Shown: positions 25,399-38,613 of the stretch, piece by piece
How the letters are laid out: each line of letters starts with the position of its first letter
Position numbering within the stretch: position 1 is the first letter of the stretch
Assembly (NCBI GenBank): GCA_951406725.2
Contig: OX597824.1
Location: 19,840,001-19,904,000 of the forward strand
Origin: Octopus vulgaris
Lineage: Eukaryota
Direction of reading: 5' to 3'
DNA: 64,000 bases
Made by a program: the position numbers and the translations under genes
Notes under the pieces: generated by a model
What the model was told of the DNA's origin: nothing
Database searches by the model: none
The model's input: the letters and a program-made list of their open reading frames with translations, nothing else

Positions 25399-25789
25399 GT
25401 GTGGAGGCACAATGGCTCAGTGGTTAGGGCAGCGGACTCGCGGTCATAGGATCGCGGTTTCGATTCCCAGACTGGGCGTTGTGAGTGTTTATTGAGCGAA
25501 AACACCTAAAAGCTCCACGAGGCTCCGGCAGGGGATAGTGGTGATCCCTGCTGTACTCTTTCACCACAACTTTCTCTCACTCTTACTTCCTGTTTCTGTT
25601 GTACCTGTATTTCAAGGGGCCGGCCTTGTCACTCTCTGTGTCACGCTGAATATCCCCGAGAACTATGTTAAAGGTGCACGTGTCTGTGGAGTGCTCAGCC
25701 ACTTACACGTTAATTTCACGAGCAGGCTGTTCCGTTGATTCGGATCAACCGGAACCCTCATCGTCGTAACCGACGGAGTGCTTCCATCC
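25399..25789 (+). mobile_element. tRNA-derived SINE, family S4 (resembles octopus OR-type/CephSINE elements)
   Basis: A box tggctcagtgg, B box ggtttcgattccc; perfect 13-bp TSD atggtgtcaaggg at 25386-25398 and 25790-25802. Confidence 0.88.
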
Positions 25790-25840
25790 ATGGTGTCAAG
25801 GGACGGTCTCAACCTAGAATTATATATCAAGACAACGCAA

Positions 25841-26100
25841 CTGTTTAGCATTCAAAATACTCCGTCATCTGTAATACTTATTTATTCCCACTCCTCACCT
25901 TCAATGCTGGATGTTAAGTGATGTTCGTTTTGAATTAATCATGCCTTAATTTTTGTAGCTTCAAAAATATTTCGATGACTTGTTTACTGTTGTGACGTTG
26001 TACATAGGATAAATGTGAAATGCCAAATCTAGCCACATTGAACAGAAAACAGGCAAAATATTTTAACCAGCTATGGTTAGTTTGAATGTTAAGGAGTTAA
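25841..26100. mobile_element. Decayed family A TTAA MITE
   Basis: ttttgaattaatcatg interior and tttgaatgttaaggag|ttaa end as in family A. Confidence 0.55.
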
Positions 26101-26149
26101 AAACTTTGGTACTTTCAAATAAGCTATATGTATGTATATATATATATAT

Positions 26150-27062
26150 AGGCGCAGGAGTGGCTGTGTGGTAAGTAGCTTGCTAACCAACCACATGGTT
26201 CCGGGGTTCAGTCCCACTGCGTGGCATCTTGGGCAAGTGTCTTCTGCTATAGCCCCGGGCCGACCAATGCCTTGTGAGTGGATTTGGTAGACAGAAACTG
26301 AAAGAAGCATGTCGTATATATGTATATATATATATTTATATGTATGTGTGTGTTTGTGTGTCTGTGTTTGTCCCCCTAGCATTGCTTGACAACCGACGCT
26401 GGTGTGTTTACAGATAGAATAAGTACTAGGCTTACAAAGAATAAGTCCTGGGGTCGATTTGTTCAACTAAAGGCGGTGCTCCAGCATGGCCGCAGTCAAA
26501 ATGACTGAAACAAGTAAAAGAGAGTAAAGAGAGAAAGAGATATATATATATATATAATATATATCATCATCATCATCATCATCATCGTTTAGCGTCCGCT
26601 TTCCATGCTAGCATGGGTTGGACGGGTCAACTGGGGTCTGTGAAGCTGGAAGGCTTCGTCAGGCCCAGTCAGATCTGGCAGTGTTTCTACGGCTGGATGC
26701 CCTTCCTAACGCCTATATATAGGCGCAGGTTCCGGATTCAGTCCCACTGCGTGACACCTTGGGCGAGTGTCTTCTACTATAGCTTCAGGCTGACCAAAGC
26801 CTTGTGAGTGGCTTTGGTAGATGGAAACTGAAAGAAGCCTGTCGTGTATATATATGTGTGTGTTTGTGTTTGTCTCCCCACCATCACTTGACAACCGATG
26901 CTGGTGTGTTTACGTCCCCGTAAGTTAGCGGTTCGGCAAAGGAAGCCGATAGAATAAGTTACTAGGCTTACAAAGAATAAGTTCTGGGGGGTCGATTCGT
27001 TCGACGAAAGGCGGGGCTCCAGCATGGCCACAGTCAAACGACTGAAACAGGAGCGAAAGAGT
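26150..27062. mobile_element. SINE cluster: S1 (+, 26150-26531), S3 fragment (-, 26563-26713), S1 (+, 26721-27062)
   Basis: Similarity to other copies in the window. Confidence 0.88.
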
Positions 27063-27262
27063 ATATATTTGTCAATAGGTGAGTAGCCCTTTCTTAACGG
27101 CATAGAATAAGTACTAGGCTTACAAAGAATAAGTTCTGGGGGGTCGATTCGTTCGACGAAAGGCGGTGTTCCAGCATGGCCACAGTCGTCAAACGACTGA
27201 AACAGGAGTGAAAGAGTATATATATGTTTGTCAATAGGTGAGTAGCCCTTTCTTAACGGCAT
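26949..27262. repeat. Tandem duplication (~155 bp x2) of an S1 tail plus unique flank
   Basis: atagaataagt...gtcaataggtgagtagccctttcttaacggcat occurs twice. Confidence 0.9.
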
Positions 27263-27643
27263 CATCCAGTGGGCGTCTGAATGCAGTTCTACAGTTCAAA
27301 GCACTGTAAACTGACGACCAGGTAATTCGGTCTCGCCTCAAATAACTACTGCAAAGATGGGTTACCTGTTTCGAATTTGATATCGCACAAAATCTGATTG
27401 ATGTAATGTCAGTTTGACTTCCTTTCCTTTGCACCTGCATTGATCTTAGATATATCTAGGGAGCTAACCAAAGGTACCAAGTTCAATATGTTTAAATGTG
27501 CTGCACACTTCTCATCCTTCACTTCAGCCTCCGCTCAATTCCATCAGCCATTTTATTTTGAAGTTTCAAGTTTTTTTTTGTTTTTTTTTCATAAGAAAAT
27601 TTCTGTTTTCTGTGTACATAGATATATGTATAGATATAAATAT

Positions 27644-27711
<68 letters not shown>

Positions 27712-27872
27712 ATATTTTCTATCTCTCGCTTTTTTTTTTTTTTTTTTTAGTCATTTTTCATGTCCTCCCCACCCAACTCTTCCATTGCATCCTAGTTTGG
27801 TTTTTTTTTTTAATATTAAACAATTTTTTTTCTTCGATCTCTTGTTTTTTCCACCCCTCTCTCTCTCTCTGC

Positions 27873-27903
<31 letters not shown>

Positions 27904-28919
27904 GTTTAATCTCTTCTATGACATCTTTCACTCTCCATCACTTATATTCATATCTCTCTCTCTCGCTCTCTCTTTCTCTCACCCTCTGCTATCACTATCA
28001 TCATCTCTCCACCCACCATCACCCCCCCCACCACCACCACCACCAACATCTATCCCACCACCACCACCACCACCGCTACAATCGCTGCTGTTACCCTCAC
28101 ACTCTCTCGCCCCCCGCCCCCCCTCCACCGCCGCCGCACCCCCACCCCACCCCCCTCCACACATCATTGCTCAAACTCCTACTGCAATGAAAGATGTTGA
28201 AACTGAAGAACTCTATAGATTGTTGTCAGTTGTTTTGGCTAAAAGGATGCACTTCTTTGACAGGAAGTGGCTTTCCTTTGACAAATCCATTATGTTCAGA
28301 CAGGTCATAGCAATGAACGGCACCAATAATAATAATAATAATAATAATGATAATAATAACAACAATAGTAATAATAATATTAATGCTTTCATTTCTCTTT
28401 CACTTCGTTTGTATTTTTTTCTCTACATAAATTAAATTGATCATTTTTCTGTCTATTGTTCAAGTTTTTTACTTTTGTTTTTTTTCTCATTTCTTTCCTC
28501 CGCATCATCATCATCATCATCATCATCGTTCTTTTTCCTCTTTTTCTTCGTTTTTTTTTTCTTTTTTTTTGCTGCTGCTGCTGTTGTTGCTGTTATTGTT
28601 GATGTTGTTTCATATTCTCTTTTCTCAAAAAAATATTTCTTTTAAATTTCATAGATGCATTATGTGTGTATACATACATTTATATATATATATATACACA
28701 CACACATATACATATATATATATACACACATACATATTTATCTACATACACATGCACATTTATATACACATACATACATATATATATATGTATATATATA
28801 TATATATGCATGTATATATATGTATATATATATCATATTCAATTTAACTTTTCTATATTTCAAAGCAGAAATAAGAATCTTTTTCAAATAATATTTAACC
28901 TTTGTGTGTGCGTGTGTGT

Positions 28920-28961
<42 letters not shown>

Positions 28962-29057
28962 GCACACACACGTATGAAATGTGTATGTGTATATATGTAT
29001 GTATATTCATATGTATAACATTTTCTTTTGTTTTTGTGATGATTATTATTATTATCA

Positions 29058-29098
<41 letters not shown>

Positions 29099-29258
29099 TC
29101 AAATGGCATACACAGTATTTCCCTTTGAATTCTTCTGCTAAGGTTGAGTAGGGTTGCTCTGCCACCAGGGTGAAGATGTGGCATGGAGGAGGAGGGCGGA
29201 GAAGCTGGTCATTAATGTGGGGGTGTGTGTCTTTCTACATACATACATACATACATAT

Positions 29259-29293
<35 letters not shown>

Positions 29294-29715
29294 CGTACAC
29301 ACATATATATATATACACATATATACACACTCCAAAACTATATTGCTCTGAGTGCTGAGAGAGAGATAGCTACACCCTTTGTTTGAACATATAAAGTGGT
29401 CTTTAACAATCAGCTTCTTTTTTTTCCCCCCTTTTTAGAAGAATCTTTATTAATACTCCTTCACATCATCTCCCTTCATCCATATACACACACATATATA
29501 TATATATATACACACACATATATATACACACACACACCCATATATATATATACACTTTTTTACATATTGTTTTTCTTTATTTATTTCCTTCCTCACTATT
29601 TTTTATTTTTTTTATTTTTAGTTCCCCCCCCCTTATTTTCACACATACATACATACATGTACATACATACTGACATAGATACACAGATGATCATGTACAC
29701 ATACATACACACTAA

Positions 29716-29752
<37 letters not shown>

Positions 29753-30992
29753 TCTTCAATGATCTTGATAGCATGAACAATATTTTTTCTTTTCTATTTT
29801 GTCATATATATACATATATATATATATGTATGTATATGTATATATTTTTTCTTTAATAATAATAATTATTATTGTTGTTGTTGCTATTTGCTGTTGTTGC
29901 TACCTTAGCTGAGAGATATAAAAATTGATCTACCATATCTTGTGATCACGACGGCGGCTGCGGTGGATGGTTATGAAGATGATGACAACGATGGTTGCGT
30001 TGCGGCGATGATGATGATAATAATAATAATCATCATCATCATCATCATCACCATCACCGTCATCATCAGTCTTGGTAGAACTGCATGAAACAAACAAACA
30101 AATAAAAGAACGGTAAAAAAAAAAATAATAAAAAATTTTTAAAAATCCCAATAAACAATAAGAAAGAAAAAAACAGAAGAAATAAGTATGGAATGATTCC
30201 TATAAATCTTTATATAAAAAAATGTTAAAAAACAACAACAGCAGCAGCAGCAACAACAACAACAACTAGAAGAACTGGCAAGAAAACCATGAAAGAAAGC
30301 CGTCTAAGAAAACAAGGCGATGTCACTAATGCATGGTGCTATTTGTAACTTGAGAAATGGATAATTTCTTAGATGGAAGGATTCACAACCAGCTTTCGTA
30401 CGTCTACTTACCATCGCACATAGCTTATTTCTTGTGGTGCTGATGACTGCTGCTACCGTTTTCTTTACTGCATTTTGCTGTGGTGGTTGTTGTTGTTGTT
30501 GTTGTTGTTGCTGCTGATAATGATGACGATGATGATGATGATAATAATAATAATGATAATGCATTAAGCAGGTATGCAGTCATCAATAGTATTCCTGTGA
30601 ATAGCCTCAAACTACTAAACTATATTGGCTGGTGGTGGTGGTGGCAGTGGTGGTGGTGGCGGCAGTGGTGGTAGTGGTGGTGGTGATGGTGGTGGTGATG
30701 ATGATGATGATGAAAGAAAGAAAAAAAAATTCCTATTTCATAGCCTTCGCCACACCCACCTACCCACCTATTCCTACCACTATCCTAGCCCTTCCTCCTC
30801 CTCCTCCTCCTCCGCCGCCCTCACCCCCACCACCGCTCTTAACCATCATCATCGTCATCACCATCGCCGCCCTGCCGCCGCCGTCCTCATCTCACTTCCC
30901 AAGTTAATTACAAGAGTTATTTGTTGCACTGATTAAGTGTCTTTCTGAGAAGCTCTTCCATCTTCAGTGTCTTTTGTGTGTGTGTGCGTGTG

Positions 30993-31023
<31 letters not shown>

Positions 31024-32034
31024 ATTTTTTCCTTCTGATGTGTAGTGTTGTTGTTATTGTTGTTGTTATCAATGCTGGATGGATTTTGTAATTTCTATTG
31101 TAATATATACATGTCTTTTTGGTTTGTTTGGTTTTCGTTTGTTTATTTGGGGGTTTTTTGGGGTTTTTTTTTGTTTTTTTTCTATTAGTGGGAACTCTAC
31201 CCTCACCCACCTACCTACACGTCCCCCAACCCCACTGTCACTGACTATTGTTTTATCATAGCCACAATGCATTGGAGAATTGGGGGCGGGAGGGGGGATA
31301 CAAAGAGCCCCCATCATCACCACCACCACCACCACTACAACACTAGCTATTGGGCCCTAACACTGATCACCCTTGTTTTTCATCTTTTTTTTTTTATTTC
31401 GGCACCATCCCTTCATTTTGAAACACCCCTCCTCCCCCTCCCCCCGCCATCATGATATAACTGTTGCAGTTATGAAATAAGAGAATGAGCTGAGCTTCTT
31501 TTATCAGGGGGAGTGGGGCGGGGAGTGTCTCTCGACCTGCTGGAAATAGCAGCCAAACCGCTCTTAAATGAAATCATACAACCCTTAATTCCCCCCCCCC
31601 CCCAATCTGAGCGAAGCACAAATCCTAAAAGGAGATTATGTTGGATAAATAATGTCACTCACACTGTGTAAGGAGGATGCGTGTTTTGGGGGGGTGGGGC
31701 AATTAAGGTAAACGGCCCTCATTCGGAACTGTCTTCAACTGTAGATCTGTTGCTCCATCATGGCTGACCTGGGGGGTAAACAACAACTGCCAAAGCTAGA
31801 ATAGAAGTTAGTTAATTAGAACAATGCAAGTCTTTTAGCTGATTAATTAAATGTTCCCTTTGGTGTATAATATAGCAGGAATCACGACCATCTTCAGCAT
31901 TCCATTGTGTTTATAGTTAAATGCTTTATATAGAATACACAGAATGTACACAGATGAACCAATTATATTTGACACAAACAAGGCCTCTCTTCAGATGTTT
32001 CAATAATAAAGGAATGCAGTTAGCTACTTATGAC

Positions 32035-32195
32035 AGGCGTGGCTGTGTGGTAAGTAGCTTGCTAACCAACCACATGGTTCCGGGTTCAGTCCCACCGCGT
32101 GGCATCTTGGGCAAGAGTCTTCTGCTATAGCCCCGGGGCCGACCAATGCCTTGTGAGTGGATTTGGTAGACGGAAACTGAAAGAAGCCTGTCGTA

Positions 32196-32246
<51 letters not shown>

Positions 32247-32448
32247 TTGTCTCCCTAGCATTGCCTGACAACCGATGCTAGTGTGTTTACGTTCCCGTCA
32301 CTTAGCGGTTCGGCAAAAGAGACCGATAGAATAAGTACTGGGCTTACAAAGAATAAGTCCCGGGGTCGATTTGCTCGACTAAAGGCGGTGCTCCAGCATG
32401 GCCGCAGTCAAATGACTGAAACAAGTAAAAGAGTAAAGAGTAAGAGTA
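32035..32448 (+). mobile_element. SINE S1, near full length
   Basis: Head, internal (TA)(TG) tract, body and gtaaaagag tail. Confidence 0.92.
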
Positions 32449-32792
32449 TAATCTTTTAACTAGCTAACAGGACTGAACTATAAACACACATATGTATAGA
32501 GTACGCGTGTCTAAAGTTGATAGACAGTTATGTCCTCGCTGTGTGTACTCTATTTATTCACAAGCTGCAATCATTGACAGCTTACTTAAATGGTAAACTC
32601 AGGTTCAGTTGGTACGAATGTATTAGCCGTTGGCCACTCTGTGGATGTGATTAGAGTTGGAGGACGTTGGGGCTACAGGGTTACCGGCAATTACAGCTTC
32701 ACTTGAGAAGGACTGTTGTTCGGTCCATCCAAGGAGATGGTCATATTGGTGTGTCATAAATAACTTGCTGAACCTTTTCATATAATCATAAT

Positions 32793-33070
32793 TTGCCAGC
32801 TCTGTCTGGCCCCGTGTCGGTGACACGTAAAAGCACCATCCGCTCGTGTTCGTTGTGCCAGCTCTGTCTGGCACCTGTGCAGGTGGCACGTAAAAAACAC
32901 CCACTACACTCGCGGAGTGGTTGGCGTTAAGAAGGGCATCCAGCCGTAGAAACACTGCCAAATCTGACTGGGCCTGATGAAGCCTTCCGGCTTCACAGAC
33001 CCCAGTTAAACCGTCCAACCCATGCTAGCATGGAAAACGGACGCTAAATGATGATGATGATGATGATGAT
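32793..33070 (+). mobile_element. SINE S3 3' part
   Basis: Internal repeats gtg(g/a)cacgtaaaa, core and (GAT)n tail. Confidence 0.85.
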
Positions 33071-33589
33071 AATATAAAGACATAGTCGTGTCATTAAAAT
33101 CTGTAATGTAACCAATACGTCAATTTACTGGGTAACCTCATATTGTTGCATATGATGAGCATGTTAAATATTGACATAATTTTAACAGCTGGGTTTCTAC
33201 AGTGAGTCTCACAATCACCGTGTCGCTGTCTACTAATACTGCTCCCTCTCTCCCACTCTCTCTCTCTCTCTTTTCACCTGTTGCTGTCTTGATAATGTAA
33301 TTACAATTACACTTATACAGTAATTAACTCATCAATCTGTTCTTTTCTCCACTGGTTTCGTTCTATTTAACAAAGCCGAACCTACCTTTAAAAACTGGTG
33401 ATCAGCACCCCTTTTTTTTTTTCCCTTCCTTTCTTTTTTGGTGACTGTTTGGTGGTGTTGGGTACAAGTAGGAGCAGGCGGTGGGGGCGAGGTGGCTTAT
33501 ATATTATTCCTGTTGCTAATGAGCAACAAAATGGTGCAAGGTCTTTTGTTTAGCAGCAGTCAGCCTGTTGATAGTTGGGTGTGATTCTC

Positions 33590-33815
33590 TTACTCTTTAC
33601 TCTTTTACTTGTTTCAGTCATTTGACTATGGCCATGCTGGAGCACCGCCTTTAGTCGAGCAAATCGACCCCAGGTACTTGACTGATACTCATTTCATCAA
33701 CCCCAAAAGGATGAAAGGCAAAGTCGACCTCGGCAGAATTTGAACTCAGAACACAACGATGGGTGAAATACCGCTAAGCATTTCGTCCGGCGTGCTGTTT
33801 CTGCCAGCTCACAAC
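33590..33815 (-). mobile_element. Chimeric SINE: S2 5' part joined to S1 3' tail
   Basis: 33590-33672 matches the S1 tail, 33673-33815 matches the S2 head/core; the junction lies at the tcgacccc motif shared by both families. Confidence 0.7.
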
Positions 33816-34225
33816 CTTAATTATAAAAATAATAATAATAATAATAATAATCCTTTCTATTATAGGCACAGAGCCTGGACTTTTGGGCAAGGGGTCTAGT
33901 TGGTTGTGCCAATCCACCGTACTTGGCCAGTATTTATTTTTATTGGCCCCAAACAATGGATGGTGCAGTTCACTTTTTTGTGGTGTTTGAACTCAGAATT
34001 TAAAGACAGAAAGTAATTTCAAAATTTTGTCACAAGGCCAACAGTTTTAGGAGCGGGGTATGTTGATTACATTAACCCCAGTACTCAACTGGTACTTATT
34101 TTAGTATCCCAGGGAATATGTAAGGCAAAGTGGACTTTCAGGAGATTTGAGCTTAGCGCATGGCTCAGAAGAAATGCTGCTGAGCACTTTGACCGATGTG
34201 GTATTGATTCTATGAGCTTCTTGCC

Positions 34226-34267
<42 letters not shown>

Positions 34268-34952
34268 GTAAAATAGCTGAAGCTTGCTTTCAGGTATTGA
34301 TATTCCTGTCTTTCACTGAAAATAGTCATAAAACAGATTCTTATCAAAATTCCACTTTACCAAAATAAAGATACTTGTAAAATAAGTCTTTTATGTTCCT
34401 CTTACATTAAAAGAAAAAGAAAAATATTACCCAGAAACTTTAGAAATAGCCAAAAAAAAAAAAAAAATCCTTTTACATCAAGATTCCTTTTGATTTAAAC
34501 AGCATAATTCTTTGTAAAATTAAGGTGAGGATTCTCTGGGCAGTATCAGGAACCATGAAGTCTCATACTCCTCCGTTAAATTCCAATTTTTGGTTGAACC
34601 CCCAAAAAATGGTAAACTAATGTTTAAATTATGCAGATAGGCAGATTGCTTCTTTCTCCTTTTTTTTTTCTTCTTCTTCTTCTTCCTTTGTATGTGTATA
34701 TTTTTGTAGACCACTATGGTGTCTTTTGTGTAGAATGTTGCATGTTTACCATTTCTCTTAAAAATTCAATGCCTTGCAATCCATCTACCTACCTTCCTTT
34801 TAACTTTACAAATATTTCACCATTCCACTTTGGTTTTACTGTCTCTAGGGTATCTCACTTCTGTTTTGATCTGGAAGTCTGCAAACTAATACCTTTTTGC
34901 TGGCGCTTCACATTTTGCTGTTTCTACACGGCATTTTTGGTTTTATACATAC

Positions 34953-34987
<35 letters not shown>

Positions 34988-35252
34988 ATTTTTGTTTTTG
35001 TTTTGTTTTTTTTCCATTCTACACATGGATGATTTAGTTTCTGTGGAACTTTCAAAAAATATATGCCATTGATTCAAGTTAATGTTGACAAAAACTGCCA
35101 TGTAATGTTGTTAGAAAAGGTAAAAAAAGAAAGAAAAAGGAAAAACGGTCCTATCTACTTCTTCGGCATAGAAAACCTGTACATGATGGTATTGTTGGTG
35201 GCAACAGCGAGGATGGTGGTGATAACTTTAGGATGGATGTGTATGTGTACAC

Positions 35253-35301
<49 letters not shown>

Positions 35302-36068
35302 AACAGATAGACCCATTGCTTGCAAATGCCTGAACATCCCCTAAATGATTCTCCTGAGTATCAGGCATATTCCTTGAACTCTTTTTGGCACCTTGAATCC
35401 CTAGAGTTAGATGCATGTATGTATGTGTGTGTGAGTGTGTATGTATGTATATATATACACTGAAAGAAGCCCATCATGTATGTATGTATGTGTGTATATA
35501 TGTATATATGTGTGTGTGTGTGTCCACGCCCCTGTTACTTAGTAGTTCGGCAAAGGAGACTGACAGAATAAGTCCCGAGATCGATTTGATCGACTAAAGG
35601 CAGTGCTCCAGCATGGCCGCAGTCAAATGACTGAAACCAAGTAAAAGAATAAAAGAGTGTGCTCTGCAAAAAAGTATTGAGCAATCCTTTGGTTTAATGT
35701 AAAATTGTTTTCAGTGTAACTTTACATAAAAACAAGCATTAACACACATCTTAACACACACACTCACACATGTAATGTTTGTGTTTGTTGTTGTTATTAC
35801 TACTAAGGCAAGCAATCATTAACATGGTGGACAAAGTGCTTAGTAGCATTTCTTCCAGCTCTTAATGTTCTGGGTTCAAATACTACTGAGGTCAGGTTTG
35901 ACTTTCACCCTTTTGGGGTCGATAAGATAAAATACCTGTCAAGTACTGGGGTGGGATAGGTGTAATCAACTTGCGCCCTTCTCCTCAAAATTGCTGGCGT
36001 TGTGCTAAAATTGGAAGGCAATGGCAGTATGAGCCTTTTCAGGAGAGCCTTTGAGACTGATGCAAGTT

Positions 36069-36484
36069 TCTTATTTCTTTACTGCTCATAAGGGGCTACA
36101 CATGGAGACAAACAAGGACAGACAAATGGATTAAGTTGATTATATCGACTCCAGTGCATAACTGGTATTTAGTTTATCCACCCCAAAAGGATAAAAGGTA
36201 AAGTCGACCTTGGCAGAATTTGAACTCAGAACGTAACAACAGACGAAATGCCTATTTCTTTACTACCCACTAGAGGCTAAACACAGAGGGGACAAACAAG
36301 GACAGACATAGGTATTAAGTCAATTATATCGACCCCAGTGCGTAACTGGTACTTAATTTATCGACCCCAAAAGGATGAAAGGTAAAGTCGACCTCGGCGG
36401 AATTTGAACTCAGAACGTAACAACAGACGAAATATCACTAAGCATTTCGCCCGGCATGCTAACGTTTCTGCCAGCTCGCCGCCT
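36069..36484 (-). mobile_element. Dimeric SINE S2
   Basis: Two units; 11-bp TSD tgatgcaagtt / tgatacaagtt (36058-36068, 36485-36495). Confidence 0.88.
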
Positions 36485-37780
36485 TGATACAAGTTGGAGA
36501 GAAAGATGCCCTCGAACTGGAGACCTGTCCTCGGTGCTTGCAGCAGAATGGATTCTGCTGAAGAATACCCAAAAACCAAGGGTGGTTTTAAATAGGGCAA
36601 GTTATTAAGTCCGCCACCATTAGTAAATACCTTTTGTGGCAGCAAGGAGAACATTTGTTGCTGTTATGAATCTTGAGTTAATTTTCCAATTTGCATTCGT
36701 TTGACTTTTTCTTACCTTTTGTTAATAATCTTTAAGTAGATTGAATTGGCATTTAAATAATTCTGTTTAAAGTAATGGTTGAAACCATCATCATCATTCT
36801 CTCATCATCATCATCATCATCGTTGTCATCTTCTTGTCTCACTGTTCCAGAATCTGATTATGGTGCTAATTGACTTACCTCCAGTCCTTTGTATCTCACA
36901 CACCCATTCATTCTTTTGTCAATCAACGTTAACTCAGACCTAACTGGTTCTAATCTATCTGTGTGAAAGTCAGAAGAGGTTCTTTGTCGTGCTGCTCTGC
37001 TGTGATTACACTTTTCTTTTGTCACAAACCGTTTCTTGGACGAAGACTTTAATGATTGCAATTTAGCTTTGAAAGTCACACCTGATACGTGGCTTTCTTT
37101 TCTTTTTCTTTTTTTTTTTTTTTTATTATATTTATATTTAATTTCTTTCTTTCCTTTTTTTTTTTTAACAAGATTGATGTTTATATAAAACAATTCTGAA
37201 CTGATTACTTCACGATGTTAATAACATGCTGCGATTCATGACAATACATTTAATTAGAACAATGACAATATGTGGCAAAGTTCATAGCTGTAATTAACAT
37301 CATTGTAAAAATCTTGTGTTCCTTTCTCTCTGTTTTGATATTCATATCAAGGAACAGAAGACGCTGCCAGTGCCAGGGTCCATCTGTGCTACAAGATCCA
37401 TTTCTTACTTAAGAATGGCTATCTGCTCCTTTTCATTTTTTTTTTTTTTTTTTTTTATGACAAAGATTTTGATGCCTCATTAGGGGAAAGTACATTTGTT
37501 TCCTATTCTTCGTCTCATTTAATTAGCACTTCATTTGCATCATTTTTTTTTTGGTGTTCACTTCCCCTGCTTTCCTGGGTTAGACGAGTCAGTTCCTATT
37601 TGGTCTTAGTCGGTTCTTATTTTCAGAGTTACTGCCATCTAAATAGTCTGGAATACCATTTTTAGCATGATTTCTATGGTCAGAGCCCCTTATTACTGCC
37701 AACCACTTAACACAGTGTCTTGATGTATTTTATTATAGCATCAGCGCTCGAAAGACGGCCATGTCTTTCAAACAGACTTA

Positions 37781-38186
37781 AGGATGAGCTGGCGGAACCG
37801 TTAGCACGCCGGGCTAAATGCTTAGCGGTATTTCGTCTGCCGTTACGTTCTGAGTTCAAATCCCGCCGAGGTCGACTTTGCCTTTCATCCTTTCAGGATC
37901 AATAAAGTACCAGTTTCACACTGGGGTCAATGAAATCAACTTAATCCCTTTGTCTGTCCTTGTTTGTCCCCTCTATATTTAGCCCCTTGTGGGTAGTAAA
38001 GAAATAGGTATTTCGTCTGCCGTTACGTTCTGAGTTCAAATCCCGCCGAGGTCGACTTTGCCTTTCATCCTTTCGGGATCAATAAAGTACCAGTTTTGCA
38101 CTGGGGTCGATGTAATCAACTTAATCCCTTTGTCTGTCCTTGTTTGTCCCCTCTATGTTTAGCCCCTTGTGGGCAATAAAGAAATA
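37781..38186 (+). mobile_element. Dimeric SINE S2
   Basis: Second unit starts at ggtatttcgtctgcc right after the first aagaaata tail. Confidence 0.9.
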
Positions 38187-38203
38187 TTATTATTATTATT
38201 ATT

Positions 38204-38574
38204 CTGTAGTCTTATTTTAATCACATGCTTTCACTTCACTACTGAGCACAGCTCTGTGTGCCTTGGGTATGTGCTGTTGTTTGCTGTGATACTCTTATGG
38301 TTACTGTATTGAAAGTGTTTTACGTAGGATGTGTGCAGTGCCTAGTAGTGCAATTTTCTATATGTTATATATACCTGTTTGTCCTGGTGCTTTTGTCATA
38401 CATTTGTCTGAATATTTTTTGTCATACATAATGCACCCCCTATGATAGGAATTGTTTCTGTTTTTAGACACCTCATTCGATTCACCTCTGTTTCCAGGTC
38501 TTTATATTTTGAAAGTTTCTCCATTTCTTTCAGAGAAACATTGCCATCTGTTAGTATTGATACATCAATTAGAA

Positions 38575-38575
<1 letters not shown>
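38204..38575 (-). mobile_element. 5'-truncated R4/Dong-clade non-LTR retrotransposon (restriction-like endonuclease C-terminus plus 3' UTR)
   Basis: Translates ILIDVSILTDGNVSLKEMEKLSKYKDLETEVNRMRCLKTETIPIIGGAL...KIALLGTAHILRKTLSIQ* (stop at 38301-38303) with frameshift and stop damage; flanked on both sides by (AAT)n. Confidence 0.85.

Positions 38576-38613
<38 letters not shown>

Noticed and set aside
25403-25476. tRNA-like sequence
   Set aside because: It is the head of a SINE that continues for about 310 bp and is bounded by a TSD; no complete cloverleaf
27440-28435. Longest ORF (331 aa) and overlapping ORFs
   Set aside because: Composed of translated (TA)n, (CT)n, (CCA)n and (AAT)n tracts; non-ATG start; no recognisable domain
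30925-30970. Minus-strand CTGAAGA...GAAA
   Set aside because: Stems I and III do not form; treated as a chance match to the hammerhead core
36541-36560. Short perfect hairpin cagcagaatggattctgctg (similar ones at 153-183, 14031-14047, 22846-22869)
   Set aside because: Stems of 7-9 bp are expected by chance in 64 kb and have no supporting context
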